Source of the DNA: Octopus vulgaris
Lineage: Eukaryota
Reading direction: 5' to 3'
DNA: 64,000 bases
Assembly (NCBI GenBank): GCA_951406725.2
Contig: OX597815.1
Coordinates: 188,480,001 to 188,544,000, forward strand
The notes under the pieces: generated by a model
The model's input: only the letters and a program-made list of their open reading frames with translations
What the model was told of the DNA's origin: nothing
Databases searched by the model: none
Part shown: in pieces, positions 1-13,043 of the stretch
Position numbering within the stretch: position 1 is the stretch's first letter
Layout of the letters: each line of letters starts with the position of its first letter
Made by a program: the position numbers and the translations under genes

Positions 1-65
1 TCGAACCGTCCAACTTGTGCTAGCGTGGAAAACGGACGTTAAACGATGATGATGATGATGATGAT
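1..65 (+). mobile_element. 3' end of (GAT)n-tailed SINE-like family (family G)
   Basis: ...tgctagcgtggaaaacggacgttaaac(gat)n; the same tail recurs at ~8345, ~16390, ~24365 (+) and ~27650, ~40390, ~58790 (-). Confidence 0.8.
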
Positions 66-456
66 GGACCATCATCTGATGCATGCTCCTATACTCTTCT
101 TCACATGCCCACCCACAGACACTCTTCATGCCCTCACATATCTACCATAACACTCACCACTCCAACAAACATTCCAATTTCTCTCACCATCACTCATGAC
201 TGTCACCTCATCCCATTTTCTAAACATCACCCTTAACACTCTTATGTTTCACATCCAACTCTCTCCCCTCAGCACTACTTATATTCACCCCCACTGTATC
301 AGGCATGACCGTCATACATCTCCACCACCATCTATTTCTCTCTCATTTTCCCTCTGTCTGTCTCTCTATCTTTTTCTCTCACTATCTTTCTATCCTCTCC
401 TATCTTTCCTTACTCTTGTAACCAAATATCTCCTCTATAGTAATTATTATCCTTCT

Positions 457-689
457 TATTTCTTTATTGCCCACAAGGGGCTAAACATAGAGGGGACAAA
501 CAAGAACAGACAAAGGGATTAAGTCGATTACATCAACCTCAGGACATAACTGGTACTTAATTTATCGACCCCAAAATGATGAAAGGCAAAGTCGACCTCG
601 GTGGAATTTGAACTCAGAACATAACGGCAGACAAAATACTGCTAAGTACTTCGCCCGGCATGCTAACATTTCTGCCAGCTTGCTGCCTT
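457..689 (-). mobile_element. tRNA-derived SINE with Meta-domain-like core (family M)
   Basis: Minus strand: tRNA-like head with B-box-like GAGTTCAAATTCC, core gtcgactttgcctttcatc..ggggtcgataaa..agtaccag (resembles the MetaSINE/Sauria domain as recalled), tail aaagaaata; more than 10 copies in the window. Confidence 0.85.
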
Positions 690-713
690 TATTTATCATA
701 TTGGTATCAAATA

Positions 714-885
714 TTTGGCACAAGGCCAGCAATTGCAGGGGAGAAATTAAGTCAATTACATCAACCCCAGTCTTCAACTGGTACTTATTTTATCAACCTT
801 GAAAGATGAAAGGCAAAGTCAATTCAGGAGAACTTGAGTTCAAACTGTAAACACAAACGAAATGCCATGAAGCAATTTGCCTGCC
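714..885 (-). mobile_element. older family M SINE with alternative tail (ggccttgtgcc)
   Basis: Diverged copy of the same core with a different 3' segment. Confidence 0.6.
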
Positions 886-1955
886 TTAGTTTATTTTTCA
901 TATTGACAATATGGAAGGAAGAAAAGGATGTTACATATGAAATGCAACATCTTTGGAAGGAAAATATCTTACTATTTTCCTTTCTGGAACTAAGTTTTAC
1001 TATTGACAAATATTACCCACTCTTATCTCTTTATTTCAGAATGAGAGCTTGTGAAGAATGTTCTTGCTAATGTTGAAAGCAGACACTATGCATATGTATT
1101 TACTTGAGTTGTTTCTCTCACTAAATCTGATATGCCAGATTTCAAAAAGATCAAAGCTGACCTAAGATTTTTAAATATCACATTCAGTACAATGTTTTCT
1201 TGTATCAGCTTCTTAATGCAATTATAGAATGCAAATGATTCTTTAAAAAAAAAAAAAACAGAAATAGCTATTAGCTATATTTACCCAATAAATATTTTAC
1301 GTTATAAGATACCAGTACATTTTAATATTTCTTCGCAATAACTTTTTTCGTATACAATACCAGTACATATCATAGCAGAAGGTGTTCAATAAATATGCTA
1401 TTAAGTTATAATACGTTTTAATGGTTACATATTAGATAACACTGTAACCAATCATGAACATAAGCATTTGAATACTGGCAGTTTCCATTTTCATCAAATA
1501 AAAGATTTTTCTGTAATTACATTTCTAAATATCTGAGATATGTTATTGTGATAAAAATTTAAATTTTCTGAACTATTATCTTCATGGTTTTCTCCGTTTT
1601 ATGCTACATTTCAAATAGATTGCCTGCAATCTAATTCAACTCTTCTTTTCCAACATTTATATATTTTCTTAGACCGAGAAGATTTTTACTACAAATTCCT
1701 TTAGGATATCATCAATATTTTTTTGTCTTTTTCTCACACAAAATAAATCTTACGGCCAATTTTCTTAATTTAATCTCCATCCAATCTAATATCTTTTAAA
1801 ATTCTATGTTTAATCATAGTTGCTATTAAGCATCATTAAATTTTAGCTGTTTTCATAAAAGCAAATACTTATTTAGATCATGGAAGAGTCATTCTAACAA
1901 TTGTAAAACACACAAAAACTGTTATATTTACTTTTCATGTATTTCTTAATAATAC

Positions 1956-2292
1956 TCTGTTGTGTCTGGGGGAGTCATTTTCTTTTTGTGCCTTATAATC
2001 TAACTCACTCGCTGGTAAAATTTCCACTTATTTCTATTTCAACAGAGATATGGTAATAAAAGACTTAGTACAAGGAATAAGAAACATATAGAGTCAAGAC
2101 TATTGAAAAGGTTGAGTCAAGACGCAATGAAAATTTTAGGAAAATAAAAATAAGAAATAAGTGGAAATTTTACCGGTGAGTGTGTTACATTATAAGGCAC
2201 AAAAAGAAAATGGGTCTCCCCAGATACAACAGAATATGCTTCAGCACACGAACTCATATAAAGAATCTTGCAAACCAAATCCAAAACCGAAA
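1956..2292 (+). mobile_element. Penelope-like terminal-repeat remnant with partial inverted copy
   Basis: 1956-2035 is the reverse complement of 2154-2233; the same family occurs at 32326-32463 and 56416-56628. PLE assignment is inferred from the inverted architecture and a hammerhead-like motif. Confidence 0.55.
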
Positions 2293-3237
2293 CTTAATAA
2301 TACTGTTTATTACAAGTTGTCAGAAAGCTTCTTTGCAACTTCTACAACTTTATTTCTGATACATTTCCACTGAATCTCAAGATATGCAGTGAAATTTAAT
2401 CAATGACCAGGTCACAGATGTGCAAAAGTTCCTTTTGACACTTCCCAGTACACAGCACAATAAATGAATAAATAAAACGTAAATGCAACAATTACTGTTT
2501 TTTTATGTCTAAAAACGAGTATTTCATGATGTAAATGCTTCAATTTTAGCACACAGTCTTAGATAAAGTCACTTGTAAAAAGAATTACAACTCTGAAATA
2601 CTAATTAGATATGCTATAAATATTCTGATGTAAAATTATGTCTATATTATCTACATCTCATATCATTGCATTTTCTATTTATGAAACATGTTTTGAGAAA
2701 AGATAGGTCTGAGTGGTAATAAAAAGCAAGTAAATTTTCTACTTATATGAAATAACTTAAACCCAGTTTGTTTGGTGAGCTGTCTAATATGAATTATAGA
2801 AGATATATTAATCAAATATTATTTTCATGGACTTTGTCATTCAATTTAATATTCTGTGGAGATGCAATATTAGATGAAAATAATACGAAGAGTAATTTCT
2901 TAAAGTTGACTGCTATCGATTTGGTTTACAATGTTTCCTCACATATCGAAATCTTTCTGCTTATTAGTCGGCCAGAGTCTGCCAGGATTACTTTTATTTA
3001 TTGTCTGGTTTATTTTAGTTTTAGCTACATCTTTAAGAATAATACACAAGCTTATGGCTCAGATCTCTGAAGATATTCATTTCCTGCATTCCGATGAAGG
3101 TATTTGTTGGTTTGGTTCTAAAGAATCAAAATTGGTAGTTTGATTAGTTTGGTGGCTGGTATTTATCTGCAGAATATTACAGCAAAATTATTGCTTATAC
3201 ACGCATGTACATACATTTTATATATGTGTATACATGC

Positions 3238-3268
3238 TTGTATGTATGTATGTATGTATGTATGTATG

Positions 3269-3297
<29 letters not shown>
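3238..3297. repeat. (TATG)n microsatellite
   Basis: direct. Confidence 0.95.
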
Positions 3298-3301
<4 letters not shown>

Positions 3302-3586
3302 GTGTGTGTGTTTGCGTGTTTGTGTGTTTGCGTGTATGTATCTATATAGGTATACACACATGCATTATATACATACTGTATTAAGAGAGCCAAGTAGTAT
3401 TCTTTAGTTTAATATTTTGTAATATGCATAAAAATATTCATCAAACACAAAAGACGTACATAAGCATTTCGATTCTTACAAAATAATAGATTTATACTTT
3501 GTAGTTGCATGCTTTTTTATTGTTAGACACAATATGTCTACATAAAGTTAAGAGTTGGCCTTAGAGAGGCACACAGCATGAACCCT

Positions 3587-3680
3587 ATCATCATCACCAT
3601 CATCATCATCATCATCATCATCGTCATCATCATTATCATCATCGTCATCATCATCATCATCATCATCATCATCACCACCA
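3587..3680. repeat. (ATC)n microsatellite
   Basis: direct. Confidence 0.95.
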
Positions 3681-4058
3681 ACACTACCTGCTTGGTGGTA
3701 TTTCGCCCTTCACTACATTCTGAGTTCAAATTCTGTCGAGGTCAACTTTGCCTGGGGTTGATGTAATTGACTAGTCCCCTCTCCCAAAATTTCTGGCCTT
3801 GTGCCTTTAATAGAAAGGATTATTGTTTTATGTCCATTATAAGTGTAGGTTTGTTTCAATCATACCATTTCAGTCAGAAAGTAAAAGAGTAAAGAGTAAA
3901 GAGTAAAGAGTATACTATTTGGTAATGTGTTATCAATCATTAACTTCCATCTTTTCAAACACTAATTGATTTCCTTCTGATTCCAAAAGAAATTTTCAAG
4001 AGAACAGATCTACACAAGCTATAGAAACACTCTGGTCCCTAAGCTTAACGCATTTATG

Positions 4059-4811
4059 TTATTACCTCTGCCTTAGCAAAGGCGGAGGTATTGTTTTCAG
4101 TTGTGTTTGTTTGTTTGTCCGTGGACAAAATATCTTAAGAGCCACTGAATGGATTTGGATGAAACTTTCAGAGATGCCTGGCCTTGTAACTGGCACAAAC
4201 TTATCTGATTGTGGGATCAATCTGGTACTGGACAAGGATTCTGGATTAATTTTCCTGTTTTTTTTTTCATTTAATTTTTGAGAGCAGTTGGGTTCATTTT
4301 TAGTATTCTCATTTGTGAGAGCAGTCAAGTTTATTTCAGATATTCTCATTCTAAAAATCACCTCTGGCTAATCGTTGAGAGGATGTTGGTGTTGCCTTGA
4401 TGAAGGTTTGCACTCTCTGAATACTCTTGTTATTATTATTATTACTTCTGCTTCAGCAAAGGTGGAGGCATTATTTTCAGTCATGTTTGTTTGTTTGTCC
4501 ATGGACAAGATATCTCAAGAACTTCTGGATGGATTCAGATGAAACTGCCAGGGAAATTTGACCTCATGACTGGCACAAACTGATTAGATTTTGGGATTGA
4601 TCCGGTACCAGACAAGGATTCTGGATTAATTTTCCTGTTTTTTTAAAATTAATTTTTGAGAGCGGTCGGGTTCATTTTTAGTATTCTCATTTGTGAGAGA
4701 GAAGTCAAGTTTATTTCAGATATTCTCGTTTTAAAAATCACCTCTGGCTAATCGTTGAGAGGACGTTGGTGTTGCCTTGGCGGAGGTTTGCACTCTCTGA
4801 GTGCTCTTGTT
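4059..4811 (+). mobile_element. tandem dimer of a Helentron-associated (HINE/DINE-1-like) element, ~375 bp units
   Basis: Each unit has 5' ttattacctc(c/t)gcc with nearby inverted ggcggaggt, (gttt)n, a 3' subterminal ggcggaggt followed by hairpin gcactc-tct-gagtgc and a T-rich end; units 4059-4431 and 4439-4811. Confidence 0.75.
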
Positions 4812-5489
4812 ACTGCTTTTCTTTTTTGTTTTACTTCACAAGTTCTTATATGTCATGATATGCAAATGAATTTCTTCATATAAATCTGAACCTAAGTGCT
4901 TACCTGTATATTTCTATAAGTGTAATAGTTTACATATGTATATGCATGTAAGTACACCTAAATCTATCAGTATGAGAAGGTTATTACATTAGCGTGTGTA
5001 CAGGCTGCATATACTTAAATGCATTCTTGTAAAATGACACATGCTCTGTGGCTTCAAATTACCATTTCTTACAGAGAAATTTCTGTTTCCAAGGCTTCTG
5101 CACGCAATGTAATAACAAATGCCACAAGATAAATATCAAGAAGAAACGTATTTCCAGCATATAGTGAATAGCAAATCAATTTTAAAATGAAAGACCAGTT
5201 ACGATTAAACCAATAGTATTATTAACATCAACACAAGTGCATAGCTTCATTACTAATGGACATTGTTGTTAGTATTCAAGAGATACATAGCAAAGTTACA
5301 ATGTCTGCAAGTCATACAGTTTATATTACATTTTTTATACAAATTCGAAATTATTAAAACCTGGAAATATTTTACTTTTTTATTACTTTATTTTGCTATT
5401 TCTATTTGCATGCCTGACATCTTTTTCTTCATATCTTTTATTTCACCTCTCACTCAATTTTTTTTTTTTGCTTCTTCCATTCTTCTTTC

Positions 5490-5495
5490 CTCCTC

Positions 5496-5550
<55 letters not shown>
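5490..5550. repeat. (CT)n microsatellite
   Basis: direct. Confidence 0.95.
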
Positions 5551-5553
<3 letters not shown>

Positions 5554-6029
5554 ACTACATCTATTAAAGTAATAATATATTGCATTTCTCTTTGATGAAA
5601 GCTTAAACTTTTCCCTACCATTTCCCAACTGCTACAGCAAATCTATTATCTATGATAAATTAATGTACCTCTATAACTTCTTTTCTCTTTTGCACCAAGC
5701 ATGTGGAGAGAGGAGAATGGAAAAAAGTGGGAAGCTAAAAGCTTGTAAGGTTCACTTTTGACGATAATAGACCAAAAATAATCCTAATGAGAAGAGATTC
5801 TTCTTTTATCTATTAAAAAAAAATCTGTTTACTTTATAAAGAATGACCTTTGCTTTCAGAATTCTTCAGATATAAGATGGACTTTTCACATATTTACATC
5901 AAATTTTCCCAACTGATATCAACTACATTGTCCTACATATTTTAGCTTTTGTACAAATTGTTGAAGAAATTAATTTACACCTGAATATTCTTCCCAACTG
6001 AGTTGCTCCTTTCTGTACAGTTCATTATG

Positions 6030-6238
6030 AGGCGTAGGAGTGGCTGTGTGGTAAGTAGCTTGCTTACCAACCACATGGTTCCAGGTTCAGTCCCACTGCA
6101 TGGCACCTTGGGCAAGTGTCTTCTACTATAGCCTTGGGCCAACCAAAGCCTTGTGAGTAGATTTGGTAGACGTAAACTGAAAGAATTCTGTAAAATACAA
6201 AATGGGACAAGAACGCAAACGGCATACGTACACTTTGT

Positions 6239-6296
<58 letters not shown>

Positions 6297-6500
6297 GTAT
6301 GTATGTGTGTCTGTGTTTGTCCCCCCAACCTTGCTTGACAACTGATGCTGGTGTGTTTACGTCCCCGTAATTTAGCGGTTCGGCAAAATAAGTACTAGGA
6401 TTACAAAGAATAAGTCCTGGGGTCGATTTGCTCGACTAAAGGCAGTGCTCCAGCATGGCCACAGTCAAACGATTGAAACAAGTAAAAGAGTAAAAGAGTA
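6030..6500 (+). mobile_element. tRNA-derived CORE-type SINE (family C; resembles octopus OR-type SINEs)
   Basis: A-box-like tggctgtgtggt, B-box-like ggttcagtccc, CORE-like ccttgggcaagtgtctt, internal (TA)n, tail cagcatggcc.cagtcaaa..gaaacaagtaaaagag. Confidence 0.85.
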
Positions 6501-6909
6501 ACTCAGTGATTTATGTGGCAGAAGTACCTATTTCCAGCTTGGCATAAGTAAAATAATGTACCTAATGCATAGATACACATCACAGTTCCATACATTTACC
6601 AATATATATTTTTCTCTTGTATATTTTATTTGAAAACAAAATATGGTTTAGATTAATTGAAAATCAAGAAGAAATAAAAATAAAAATAACAAAAAATTTT
6701 ATTTCTTGTTTTGAAAGTAATATTTTTGGAATGTCAATATTGTACCTACCTAATAGATAGATGCTTTAAATAGGTTTAATATCGATATTTCAAAAGGTGG
6801 CAAAGAAAATAGAGTAATTATAATGGTATTAAGTTTTCTTTTCTGCATTCTGTGTTCTAGTCCAGCCATTTCAGCCTTCAAATGTATACTGAAGCTGATT
6901 CAGTTTACT

Positions 6910-7090
6910 GACTGCCAGACACTCCATTGGTTATGACAATTGGAGTTCCAGTTGGTCTGATCAATGGAACAGACTGTTTGTAAAATCAGTGTGCAAGTGG
7001 CTGAGCAGTCACAGACACATGGACCTCTAACATAGTTCCCAGAGAGATTCAGCATGACACAGAATATGACAAGGCCAGTCCTTTGACATA
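6910..7090 (-). mobile_element. 3' module (tail Y) of SINE family A
   Basis: Diverged match to 62510-62690. Confidence 0.6.
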
Positions 7091-7129
7091 TAAGTATTAC
7101 TAATTTTTGCCTGCTATATTTCTGTATAG

Positions 7130-7190
<61 letters not shown>

Positions 7191-7207
7191 TATAATAATG
7201 ATAATAA

Positions 7208-7848
7208 CCTGGATTTGCCCCATGAAAAAAGACTGGTGGGAACACAATCCACCGCCAGTGCTTGAAAATGACCACATCTCACTCCTCTGGAACTTCACCA
7301 TTCAAACTGACAGAAAGATAGATGCAAATAGGCCAGACATCTTATTGAAAGACTTCAGACAAAGAACATGCCTCCTCATTGATATGACTGTCCCAATCGA
7401 TATAAACGTATCTGTCAAGACCTACCAAAAACTGAGCAAATATAAAGATCTTGAAATAGAAATCAGCAAAATGTGGAACCTGAAGATTAAAACAATACCT
7501 GTTGTCATAGGTGCCCTGGGAATGATAGCAAAAGGGGCTGATTGCTACCTAACTCAGATACCAGGAAACCCCAAAATGGCAGAAATTCAAAAGATAGTGC
7601 TCATGGGAACTGCTCATATCCTATGCAAAATATTCTCTATGTAATCCCAAGGTTTAAAACAAACTTTTTTTTAATTAATTTATGTATTAGACATTCACTA
7701 GTACAACACAAAAAACCCCCCAAAAAACCCCAAATATATGGCACACTAGGCATAAAAACAACGTGAACTTCCAACCTGTTGTCTCTTGAGGTCTCTGGGT
7801 GAGACTTGGAGCCAACTTGTACAGACATAAAGCAAAAGTCAAACATAG
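7208..7848 (+). mobile_element. 5'-truncated R4/Dong-clade non-LTR retrotransposon (restriction-like endonuclease domain plus 3'UTR) inside a (TAA)n array
   Basis: ORF 7198-7644 contains WxEHxP..LWNFTIQTD...NRPDI...LIDMTVP...KYKDL...PVVIGALG (RLE motif); (TAA)n on both sides (7135-7207, 7849-7971). Confidence 0.88.
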
Positions 7849-7874
7849 AATAATAATAATAATAATAATAATAA

Positions 7875-7970
<96 letters not shown>

Positions 7971-8013
7971 TTACATGGGCTGCTCTTTCACTCCGACTGT
8001 CTCTGTCTCTGTT

Positions 8014-8046
<33 letters not shown>

Positions 8047-8164
8047 CTAACTTTCTCCACCTTTCTTCTTTTTCCTTTTCTACTGAAGTAGCCAAGTATT
8101 TTCTCAATAATAAGAAGGCCATCTCTGTCCCTCTGTCTTATTCTAATCTCTTGGTTCTGCTCCC

Positions 8165-8410
8165 TCTCTCAACTGAGAGTTCCTTGCCATGCAAGCTTGT
8201 GGGTACTGGTGCCACATAAAAAGCACCCAGCACACTCTGTAAGGTAGTTGGCATTAGGAAGGGATATCCATCTGTAGAAACCATGTCAAATCAGACTGGA
8301 GCCTGGTGCAATCTTCTGACTTGTTAACTTCTGTTAAACCATCCAACCCATGCCAGAATGGAAAACGGATGTTAAATGATGATGATGACGATGATGATGA
8401 TGATGATTAT
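8165..8410 (+). mobile_element. family G SINE
   Basis: aaaaagcaccc..ttggcattaggaagg..ccaacccatgc..ggaaaacggatgttaaat(gat)n. Confidence 0.75.
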
Positions 8411-8570
8411 GATCTTATAAATGTTTACTTTTGGGGTATTTTATGTCAGTGATGTCTAAATGATTCATCTCTGCTGAATTCATATAGCATTGATTAAAGC
8501 AATAGGCTCAATGATATTTCTTACATCTTTAAACTCAATGACTTCAAGTAGAATTGGTTAAAGCAACATA

Positions 8571-8981
8571 CTCTTTACTCTTTTACTCTTTTACTTGTTT
8601 CAGTCATTTGACTGCGGCCATGCTGGAGCACTGCCATTAATCGAGCAACTCGACCCCGGGACTTATTCTTTTTGTAAGCCCAGTACTTATTCTATCGGTC
8701 TCTTTTGCCAAACCGTTAAGTAACAGGGACATAAACACACCAGCATCGGTTGTCAAGCAATGCTAGGGGGACAAACACAGACACACAAACACACACACGC
8801 ATATATATATATACACATATATACGACGGGCTTCTTTTCAGTTTCTGTCTAACAAATCCACTCACAAGGCTTTGGTCAGCCCAAGGCTATAGTAGAAGAC
8901 ACTTGCCCAAGGTGCCACGCAGTAGGACTGAACCATGTGGTTGGTAAACAAGCTACTTACCACACAGCCACTCTTGCGCCT
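8571..8981 (-). mobile_element. family C CORE-type SINE
   Basis: Near full-length reverse-complement match to 6030-6500. Confidence 0.85.
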
Positions 8982-9810
8982 ATTGACTTATTGACATATT
9001 GACTTATTTTTCATCATCGTTAAGCATGATGTTTTAGCAGTTTGACAAATTGGTTTCGATAAAATAGTACCAGCCTGTAAGACAAGTCCTGGGGTCAATA
9101 TAATCTCCTCAACCATTGAAGGTGGTACCTCAGCTTCACAGCAGACCTATAAATGCAACCAGTTAGAGAATATAAAAATATCTTTGCTCTTATTTCGATC
9201 ATTTATATCAAGTCACTTCTTTAGAGAATTGACTTATTTCTGAATTAAAGATTTAACAGTATTTAAAGTTCAGCCTTGATTTTATTTGATATTTAAAAAC
9301 ATTTTTTTTTCTTTTGATGAAAACGATTAGGAATTTTAAAATGATAGCAAAAAAAAAAAATAAAATAAAGAAAATCTTTCATTGCATTCTCTTTATAAGT
9401 TAAACCGAACTCTGTTAATTCATTTTCCAGTACATTTTATCTCACAGAAAATCATCTGACTTTATTTTGAATTATTTTCAGTAGATAGTAACAACAAAAT
9501 ATTATTGTAATGTGTAAAGTACCCAACTATAAAGTTGCTAAATATCTGATTCAAAGTAAAGTCTAAAACATCAATAGTACCATCTGATAAATCAATATCC
9601 TGAAATCCTATACCATCATTATCATCACCACCATCATCATCGTCATCGTTGTCATCATTGTCCTCATCATCTTAATTCACTTTATACTGTCAAGTCAACA
9701 GTATCAAATTTAGGGTTATGTGTACTTAACTAATAGAAGTAACAGCTGATAACATTATTACAGCTGGAAATTATATGAAAATATTTATTGCTCAACATGG
9801 TGCACAAATG

Positions 9811-9848
<38 letters not shown>

Positions 9849-9859
9849 TAGTGATAATA

Positions 9860-9894
<35 letters not shown>

Positions 9895-9937
9895 AATAAT
9901 AATAATAGTAATAATAATAATAATAGTAATGATGATG

Positions 9938-10316
9938 ATATTGAGAAAGAAAGCAAACTATGCTGGATCACAGATATAGCATGCCCAGCTGACAACAAGG
10001 TATGCAATAAGGAAGAAAGGTAAGTTGATAGATATGACAGGTTAGCTTGGGAAGTTAAGCAGTTGTGGTCGATGAAAAAGGTGGTAGTAGTAACAATAAT
10101 TGTCAGGGCCCTGGGAATAGTGAGTAAAAATCTCAAGAAGTACATGGAACAAATAAGGACTGCAATAAGGGTGGAGCACTTGCAGAAAACAGCAATGCTT
10201 GGAACTGCTTGAATACTCTGGATGGTGCTCGAAAAATAAGGGGTGCTATCTTAGTTCATTGGTAGTGAACAGCTGACACTGTAGTACATCTCCAGCATTA
10301 GAAGCTGTGCAAAGGC
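9938..10316 (+). mobile_element. second R4/Dong-type family, 3' fragment ending in (TAA)n
   Basis: Translation CWITDIACPAD..KEER*VDRYDRLAWEVKQLWSMKKVVVVTIIVRALG...LQKTAMLGTA*IL; 3' end gctgtgcaaaggc(aat)n. Confidence 0.85.
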
Positions 10317-10331
10317 AATAATAATAATAAC

Positions 10332-10368
<37 letters not shown>

Positions 10369-10399
10369 CCACCACCAACAACAACAATAATAAGAATAG

Positions 10400-11680
10400 A
10401 TATATATGTTTCTTGCAGAAAACAATTTACTTCCAGTAGAACAAAAGGGATGCCATAAAAGACACAAGGGCGCCAAGAACCACCTTGTGATAGACAAGAT
10501 TGTAATGAAGAACTGTAAACAGTACCAAAACAACTTGTGCATAGCCTGGATAGACTTTAAAAAGGCTATGACATGTTGCTGCATTTGTGGATTTTGGAAA
10601 CACTTGACTTGTGCGGAATAGCTGAGAACATGTGTGCCCTGATTAAGAACAGTATGCCTAGTTGGAAAACACGCCGTTTCTATAAAAGCCAGCTCTTAGC
10701 CAAGGTAACAATCAAAAGAGGTATCTTCCAGGCAGACTCTTGTTCACCTTTGTTATTTGTTATAGCCTTGATCCCACTTTCTGTAGTCCTACTATGAGCT
10801 GAGAAAGAATGGAGCTCATCTCAACCACCTTCTCTTTATGGAAGACTAGCAGTATCGCCCGGCGTTGCTCGGGTTTGTAAGGGAAATAACTATATAAGCA
10901 TTTTTAGAGAGTTATAGCCAAAAAATAGCAAAAAATGCCTTAAAAATGGAAAAAAAATGATGGTAAATTTTTTTTTTAATCGTTGACTCATCGTAGACAT
11001 TTTTAGAGAGTTACTTCCCTTATACAATAGCGAAAAAATGCATTAAAATGGAAAAAAATGATGGTAAATTATTTTTAGAAACGTAGACTCATCGTAGACG
11101 CACGCTAATACCCAGAAGGGCTCGATATGAATCCCGACTATAAGATACCCGGTTTTGGTTAAACTGCACCGCAAAATGTGGGAGTAGTTAGGAATCTAAA
11201 TCGTAGGAGACAGACACACAACTTGACTTTTATATATAAAGATTTAAAACTGTTTGCAAAAATAGATCCTGAAATGGAGAGGCTGGTTGAGACTGTCCAG
11301 ATGTGAAGCAATGATATAGGGATGGAATTCGGTATCTTAGAGTGTGTGCTTGCTTTGGAACAGGGGAGAAAGGAGCAGATTGTAGGGGGCACAGAATTGC
11401 CAAACGGAGAGAGAATGGAAGACCCAGATAATGATGATATGTACAAGTACCTTGGGATCGTGGAGCAGGACAATATCTTGCACCGAGAAATGAAAGACAA
11501 GGTCATCACTGCATATTTCAAGTGCCTCAAATTTCTCTTGAAATCAAAACTCAGCTCAATGAATCTTGTTACTCCCATCAACATATGGACTGTAGTCTAC
11601 TATAGTTCACCCATCATGAAATGGACATGAGCAGAGCTTAACCAACTCAATTGCACTACCCAAAAGACAATGACAATGCA
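10400..11680 (+). pseudogene. decayed R4/Dong-type reverse transcriptase, interrupted by a Helitron
   Basis: EQKGC..HLVIDK..AWIDFKKA, RGIFQADSCSPLLFVIAL, NHLLFME/D-LKLFAK, GMEFG..YKYLG; stops and frameshifts present. Confidence 0.88.
10846..11242 (-). mobile_element. non-autonomous Helitron (397 bp)
   Basis: Minus strand starts TCtttatatataaaag and ends cccgagcaacgccggg (hairpin)-cgatactgCTAG; inserted between A and T with no TSD. Confidence 0.88.
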
Positions 11681-12475
11681 TGTATTGTTATGTGTTACTT
11701 TTCAACCTCCTACACACACACACACATGCATTAAAACTGATACAAGTGATACTTTGTTGCCGCATTTTGTACTAAGCAACGAAGGATCATGGGAATGTAA
11801 TCCTTTAGTTATTACTAATAAAAACATCACCATATATAAAAGTGTCTAACAGTTATGTATAGGTAATATTCATCATTTATTTCACATTTGATATATTCAT
11901 CTATTGATGTTTTGCTTTGCATTTTGCCTTTGTAAATCCTTTATAGTTAATCATTTCATTTCTCTGCGATATTGTAAATCGGATGGCAGTACTATTAACT
12001 AATGTTTTCCCATTTATCTATTTTCTACATGCACTCTATATAATGTGTTGTAATAATTCCTTGTTGTAAATGCACCATCAACTAATAAAAAACAGAAGTG
12101 TTATAACTGTGTGTCCAATATAATAGTATGAGTAATGACATTACATCGTTTATGTATATGTTGTCACTGAAATTTGTATATTAATTGGTTGTTCAGAGAA
12201 TGATATGTAGTTTTCAAGTTTTTGATTTCATGTCAATGAGATAGTTTTGTTGCTAATGTAATATATTCTGTCAGTTTTTATTTTCTTGTGATGCATTTTG
12301 TGCTATGTTTTAAGAATTTTTCAATGGTATAATAATGAGGGTGAATTTAGTTCCTGTTGCATATTATGTATGGTGTTGTGTGCTTTTATTTTTGCTGTAA
12401 CTGTGGATCAATTTGTTCTTTTATTTTGCTATAGATTGGCCTATTGTCCAGGCTATAGAAAAAAAGGAAGTAAAA

Positions 12476-12628
12476 GGTGCAGGCATGGCTGTGTGGTAAG
12501 AACCTTGCTTACCAACCACACGATTCTGAGCTCAGTCCCACTACATGACTCCTTGGGCATATCTCTTCTACTACAGTCTTGAGCTAAAGCCTGGTAAATG
12601 GATTTGGTAGACAGAAACTGAAAGAAGC
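12476..12628 (+). mobile_element. family C SINE, 5' half
   Basis: Diverged head and CORE, followed by (TCTA)n. Confidence 0.7.
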
Positions 12629-12633
12629 TTGTT

Positions 12634-12634
12634 G

Positions 12635-12710
<76 letters not shown>

Positions 12711-12763
12711 AATCAATCTGTCTGTCTGTCTCTCTTTCTGTCTGTCTGACTGACTATCAATTC

Positions 12764-12837
<74 letters not shown>
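12634..12837. repeat. (TCTA)n/(TCTG)n microsatellite
   Basis: direct. Confidence 0.95.
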
Positions 12838-13004
12838 TCATATCTCTTTTGCATTCATATATTAACAGTTTAGATCTTAATTATAAAAAAGTATGAAACC
12901 ATTATTCTATGCTAATTTAGTTAATTTCATCAAGCTCCCTTTTCAGTTTGTAAGATAGAAATCTAAATGTAATAAAATGTTTTAAAAGAAATTTAAAGTG
13001 GCTA

Positions 13005-13043
13005 CGTGATAACTGTAACCCTACTTTTGGGCCACCCTCTATA
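13005..13043. mobile_element. probable solo Tc1/mariner-type terminal inverted repeat
   Basis: actgtaaccctacttttgggccaccctc+TA resembles Tc1/mariner ends; no partner TIR found. Confidence 0.35.

Noticed and set aside
4895-5180. Minus-strand donor site (cag|gtaag) with short upstream ORFs
   Set aside because: Stops interrupt the frames I checked, and no motif was recognised
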